From NCBI GenBank assembly GCA_036172245.1, contig JAYWIR010000055.1:372001-436000 (forward strand): DNA of 64,000 nt. The letters are read 5' to 3'. Below the pieces are notes generated by a model that searched no databases, was not told where the DNA came from, and saw only the letters and a program-made list of their open reading frames with translations. The DNA is from Raillietiella orientalis (lineage: Eukaryota). Below, one piece after another: positions 61,901-64,000 of the stretch. The translations under genes were made by a program, and so were the position numbers. The first letter of the stretch is position 1. Every line of letters begins with the position of its first letter.

Positions 61901-64000
61901 GCTGATCGAATTCAAGTAAGTGCCCAGGTCATCAGGTGACTACCTCACGGGTGTCTCACACCATCCGTGTAAACTTCGTGCCATATCTCTCATAATATCG
62001 GCCATGAGATTCAAGAGTTATAATTTTCGTTATTCTTATCAGTACGTTGTGATTGAAAATTAAGAGGCTGTGGCGGTTAGCCGTGCCGAGTGGAATCTCA
62101 GACCTCGGCTGTGCTCAAGTGTTTTGGTCGGTACGTTGGGTTGTTGTGTACATCTCACGAGAGAATCTTTGTGGAATGTCCCTCGTACGGTTTGCTTTGC
62201 TGCTGTGTCCAATTTCAACCAAAAGTTCCGGTTTAAGTCCTGTGAATATGATAAACCAAGGATTCAAAAAAATATTCATTACTCTCTGTTCAGAACCAGC
62301 CATTTATAATAAGATGTTCGGCATGTGCACGAAAATTTTGGGAATTTTGTAAAATAGGAAAACGAAATTATTTTCCCCGAAAATCAGTGATGAATTCTTA
62401 CATTATTTCATTGCTTACTATAGGGTTTTGTTTTCATGCCATCCCGTGCTCTATCCATGTGACATTGAGCAAACCGTATTTCTGGAATTTTATGGATAAC
62501 TTAACTCAAAAATCACACAACGGGTACAGTTTTTAGTACAGTTCCTCAGTTGAGTGAAGTATACGATTGACAGCGGAATTGACAAAAAATCCAAGTTTTC
62601 TGGCAGTTGTTTTCAAATCATATAAAAAGTATTCCTTATGTTCATGAACTAATGATTTGCTTTAAGGCAGTTTTGTAGGATTTTCCCTTGCTTCAAGGAG
62701 GTTTTTTGTATCAGTTATTACATACAACTTTTGATGTTTTTTTAGAGCAGTTCACTGATTCTTTATCACAACTGTTGCTTGTCAGTTTGTCAATGTGTGT
62801 GTGCATTTTTTTCTTGTTACTTCACAGACTTCCATTAATGAACAAGAATGATTCAGTTATATCTGAACCATTGAAATACTAAGTGTGATAGCTAATTATG
62901 AGTGCACAATCCTTGCTTTCTACCCTTTGTGCTTTTGTAAAGTTTTTTACATCTTGGTTGTATACAAGAAGAAAAATATTCTTCATTCTGCCTCATTGAG
63001 GCAGGTAATTTGAGACCAGTACATTGCTTAAAAAAATTCACAAAAATACAGTGAAAACTCGAAGGCTTTCGAAAGCAGTTGCCAATATGAATTGTTCACC
63101 TTTGTGTAATGGTGGTAAGAGGAACTAAATACCACTTTGACAATCAAAACATGTTGATTGTGCTATTGGTTATGGTTATCAAAGTTAACTCCATGATGTC
63201 TGCAAATTTTAGGGTGCTTTAGACAGAACTGTAAATGATAAAACCAATAATTCAAAAAAAAAAAAGAAAACTTTCTTCGATAATTTTCGAGTGCTTATTG
63301 CAGACCTACTATTGATTTAGGACAAAGTGGTACACATTTTTCACATGAAATCACTGTTTCATGCACAATTAAGAAATGTCTTATGAGGAAACAAAATTTC
63401 ACAAATGCTTGCATTTTTGAACAAAGAAATATAAAAGGGGAGAATATCCACAAGAAATGATACACCACTAAAGTACAATATAGGCATGTCATGAATCCCT
63501 GACACCGGCAGGTATAAAACAGGACTACCAAATTATCATTGCTTAGAACATCATGAAAACAAGAAATACAAGAACACATCGAGTTGGAGAAATTTAGATT
63601 AAAGCATCAAACTACATGTGATGCATCAAGAGTGATTTGAGGTTTTGCATGGAATTTTAGTCTTAAAATAAGATGGATATTTGCAAGCAAAGGACTGCAA
63701 CCTAAATGGAATAAGTCCACATTGTAAAGTGAATCGTTTCCTCAAATTGCAATACAAAGCAACAAGTACAAGCAGAAATAAAAATGAATTTGACAAGCTA
63801 CATGCTAAGAATTCAGTTATAAAAATGCACAGCCTTGACTTCATTTTTGCTATTTGTAGGTGGAAATTAGAAATTACATTAGAAAATTAGAAATTACATT
63901 TTCTTAAATATTAACATCAAGGTACTGGAGGCAACAAAGTAACAATCGTTAGCTAAGCTGAGAAGTTGCAATGCTTATGATGTTTCTCAACACAGCCAAA

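Noticed and set aside
62380..62490. Possible C/D-box snoRNA (GTGATGA at ~62387)
   Set aside because: No properly placed terminal CTGA D box (only CTGG), and no guide complementarity recognised.
63863..63900. Tandem duplication AAATTAGAAATTACATT x2
   Set aside because: A short slippage-type duplication in AT-rich DNA with no further structure.

Overview
Eukaryotic (invertebrate, probably arthropod) genomic DNA. Three spliced protein-coding genes can be rebuilt exon by exon: a PDZRN3/PDZRN4/PDZD4 (Slip1-like) PDZ scaffold gene (+, 9903-20885, very GC/CpG-rich), a Rho1/RhoA GTPase (+, 36392-37118, 192 aa) and TBL3/UTP13 (-, 50833-56377, 15 exons, 788 aa, including a GC-AG intron). Most introns are only 41-78 nt. 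The intergenic space holds many decayed non-LTR retrotransposon remnants (mostly L1/Tx1-like, one I/Nimb-like), mostly on the minus strand. Nearly all long ORFs in the GC-rich first 33 kb of the ORF track are spurious. The most interesting unexplained signals are: a multi-hairpin 3' end kept by two diverged retroelement copies despite stem sequence changes; a sharp GC/CpG mosaic separating the regulatory gene from the housekeeping genes; a 26-bp perfect hairpin; a 24-bp inverted repeat; and two candidate unannotated micro-exon transcription units flanking the right-hand retroelement block. No database search was run. Family assignments rest on motifs recalled from known proteins, and TE boundaries are approximate.
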